A DNA stretch of 38,994 nucleotides from assembly GCF_001194135.2 (NCBI RefSeq), contig NC_068985.1, positions 47,070,580 to 47,109,573 of the forward strand. Direction: 5' to 3'. This stretch comes from Octopus bimaculoides (lineage: Eukaryota). The notes below the pieces were generated by a model. It searched no databases. It was not told the origin of the DNA and saw nothing but the letters and a program-made list of their open reading frames with translations. The number at the start of each line of letters is the position of its first letter. Position 1 is the stretch's first letter. Of the stretch, positions 37,400 to 38,994 are shown in pieces. The translations under genes and the position numbers were made by a program.

Positions 37400-37677
37400 G
37401 CGCGTGGCTTAGTGGTTAGGGCCGTGATTTCGATTCCTGGCGACGCATTGTGTCCTTGATCAAGACACTTTATCTCATGTTGCTCCAGTACATTCATCAG
37501 GCAAAAATGAGTTGTGCTTGTAATTCAAAGAGCCGGCCTTGTCACATTCTGTGTCAGGTTGAATCTTCCTGAGACTACCTTACGAGTACGCCTGTTTGTT
37601 TGAACTCGAGCAGACTGTTGCGTTGATCGAATCAATTTGGAACACTCATCATAGTAACCGACGGAGTGCCGTTTAGT
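37400..37677 (+). mobile_element. tRNA-derived SINE, family B-related
   Basis: GCGCGTGGCTTAGTGGTTAGGG..TTTCGATTCCTGG..TTGTGTCCTTGATCAAGACACTT..TGTTGCTCCAGT is shared with 16075, but the 3' tail differs. Confidence 0.75.
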
Positions 37678-38994
37678 TTTTTTTGCATTTATATATATGT
37701 TGGTAGTCTACCGTAAGTTGGAAGATTTATGCAGATATGATTCGTTCATGATATTTCTGTTTCCTGACATAATATAAAAAAAATGAATTGTCTAATGAAT
37801 CGTTTGAGAAAGTATCTCACGAAGGAACTTATACATAGCCATTCAATCTGCTAAAATTTTCTGCCAAATATCCTCAAACCACAATCTATGGTCTTCAATA
37901 AAAATCAGACCTAATCGACAATCTAGTCTTATATACCACTAAACAATTTGTGATGGTTAGGGATGAATTGCAAAACTTAACAACCGACATGTTCTTTGGA
38001 CTGTTTTCACAACATGGATGACACATTTTGGTCTATACTTCGATCTAAGTTAGTCACTGGTTGGAACATCATATCTATTTGATGAAACAAATGCTAGAAA
38101 TCATTTTACGAACATTACAAAGGATTGTCACAGTAACATAATTAGAAAGAACTGATGAGTGCTTAAGCTTCGCACGGAAGAAAAACAAAATATTTTTTTT
38201 TTGAAGCGATCTAGTATTATCAAACATTCTCTATTAAGAATCACCGGCGAAAACGATTTTGGTGTTTGCGTTAAATAATTGCTTCGTCCATACTTTAAGC
38301 AAACGTTAATGATTTTGTAGGTTTCATTAGAAATATGTGACAGCTAGCAGCGCGTTGCACATTGTCATGAATGCACTGCATACATCAACAGTTTTAATCA
38401 TAATATTAAACAGCCCACAGTGCAAGTTAAGAAACTAATTAATATGGTTATGTAAATATTTCAATTTTAAACTTGCGAATTCCATGGTAACCAAGGAACA
38501 AACGAACACATGAACATACACAAATGTATATAGAATGTTGTATGAATTAGAAAATATTTTGATGTATTTTATCTAAAAGGGTGTGTAAATATTACGTAAG
38601 ATAGGCGCATGAAGGTGAGCATTGTTGAGTAATTTATTAAAATATGCTTGACGATTGCGACAGACAGTATCAGTTTCAGTTCTATCTTTCTATCTATTGG
38701 CCCCCAAATTCTTACACACACGCACGAACGCGCGCGCGCACACACACACACACACACTCACACACGAGACAAACCCAAAGACACGCACCCATATTTTAAA
38801 AAAAACATTTCATATAATTTTTCCACGATTTGACTGTTTTTCATGCTTTAACTGTAAGTTGAAAAGGTCGCAAAGACCTGAAACCGGTACTAAAATGTCC
38901 TTCATGATAAAATTATTTTAGCATTTTCTACCTTGTCTTATTTTTCTTATACATATCAACTCTTGTGTTGCTTTTCAAACTTCAACATATATAT

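Overview
AT-rich, microsatellite-dense eukaryotic DNA with many N gaps. The repeat content resembles an octopus/coleoid cephalopod draft assembly (inferred from recalled SINE sequences, not a database search). No host protein-coding gene could be identified; almost all listed ORFs are translations of simple repeats or gaps. The window is a transposon graveyard: the 3' end of an L1/Tx1-type LINE with an open zf-RVT frame (1-785), RTE remnants (~7445-7810), a decayed Penelope-like GIY-YIG ORF (~10345-11040), an RLE-type (R4-like) LINE fragment (~14010-14450), an internally deleted Tc1/mariner (28816-29581) and at least three tRNA-derived SINE families. The best signal is at 14489-15172: a ~352-nt non-coding unit carrying a type I hammerhead ribozyme fold (GUC cleavage site after 14999). 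It occurs as a head-to-tail partial tandem on + and as a circularly permuted inverted copy on -, as expected for a retrozyme or Penelope-terminal-repeat element copied from a multimeric or circular RNA. Other hammerhead-like remnants occur at ~21630-21815, ~13761 and ~38152. Also noted: a candidate 30-nt exon (20957-20986), a cryptic 42-bp minisatellite, a tandem SINE trimer and local mosaic duplications.
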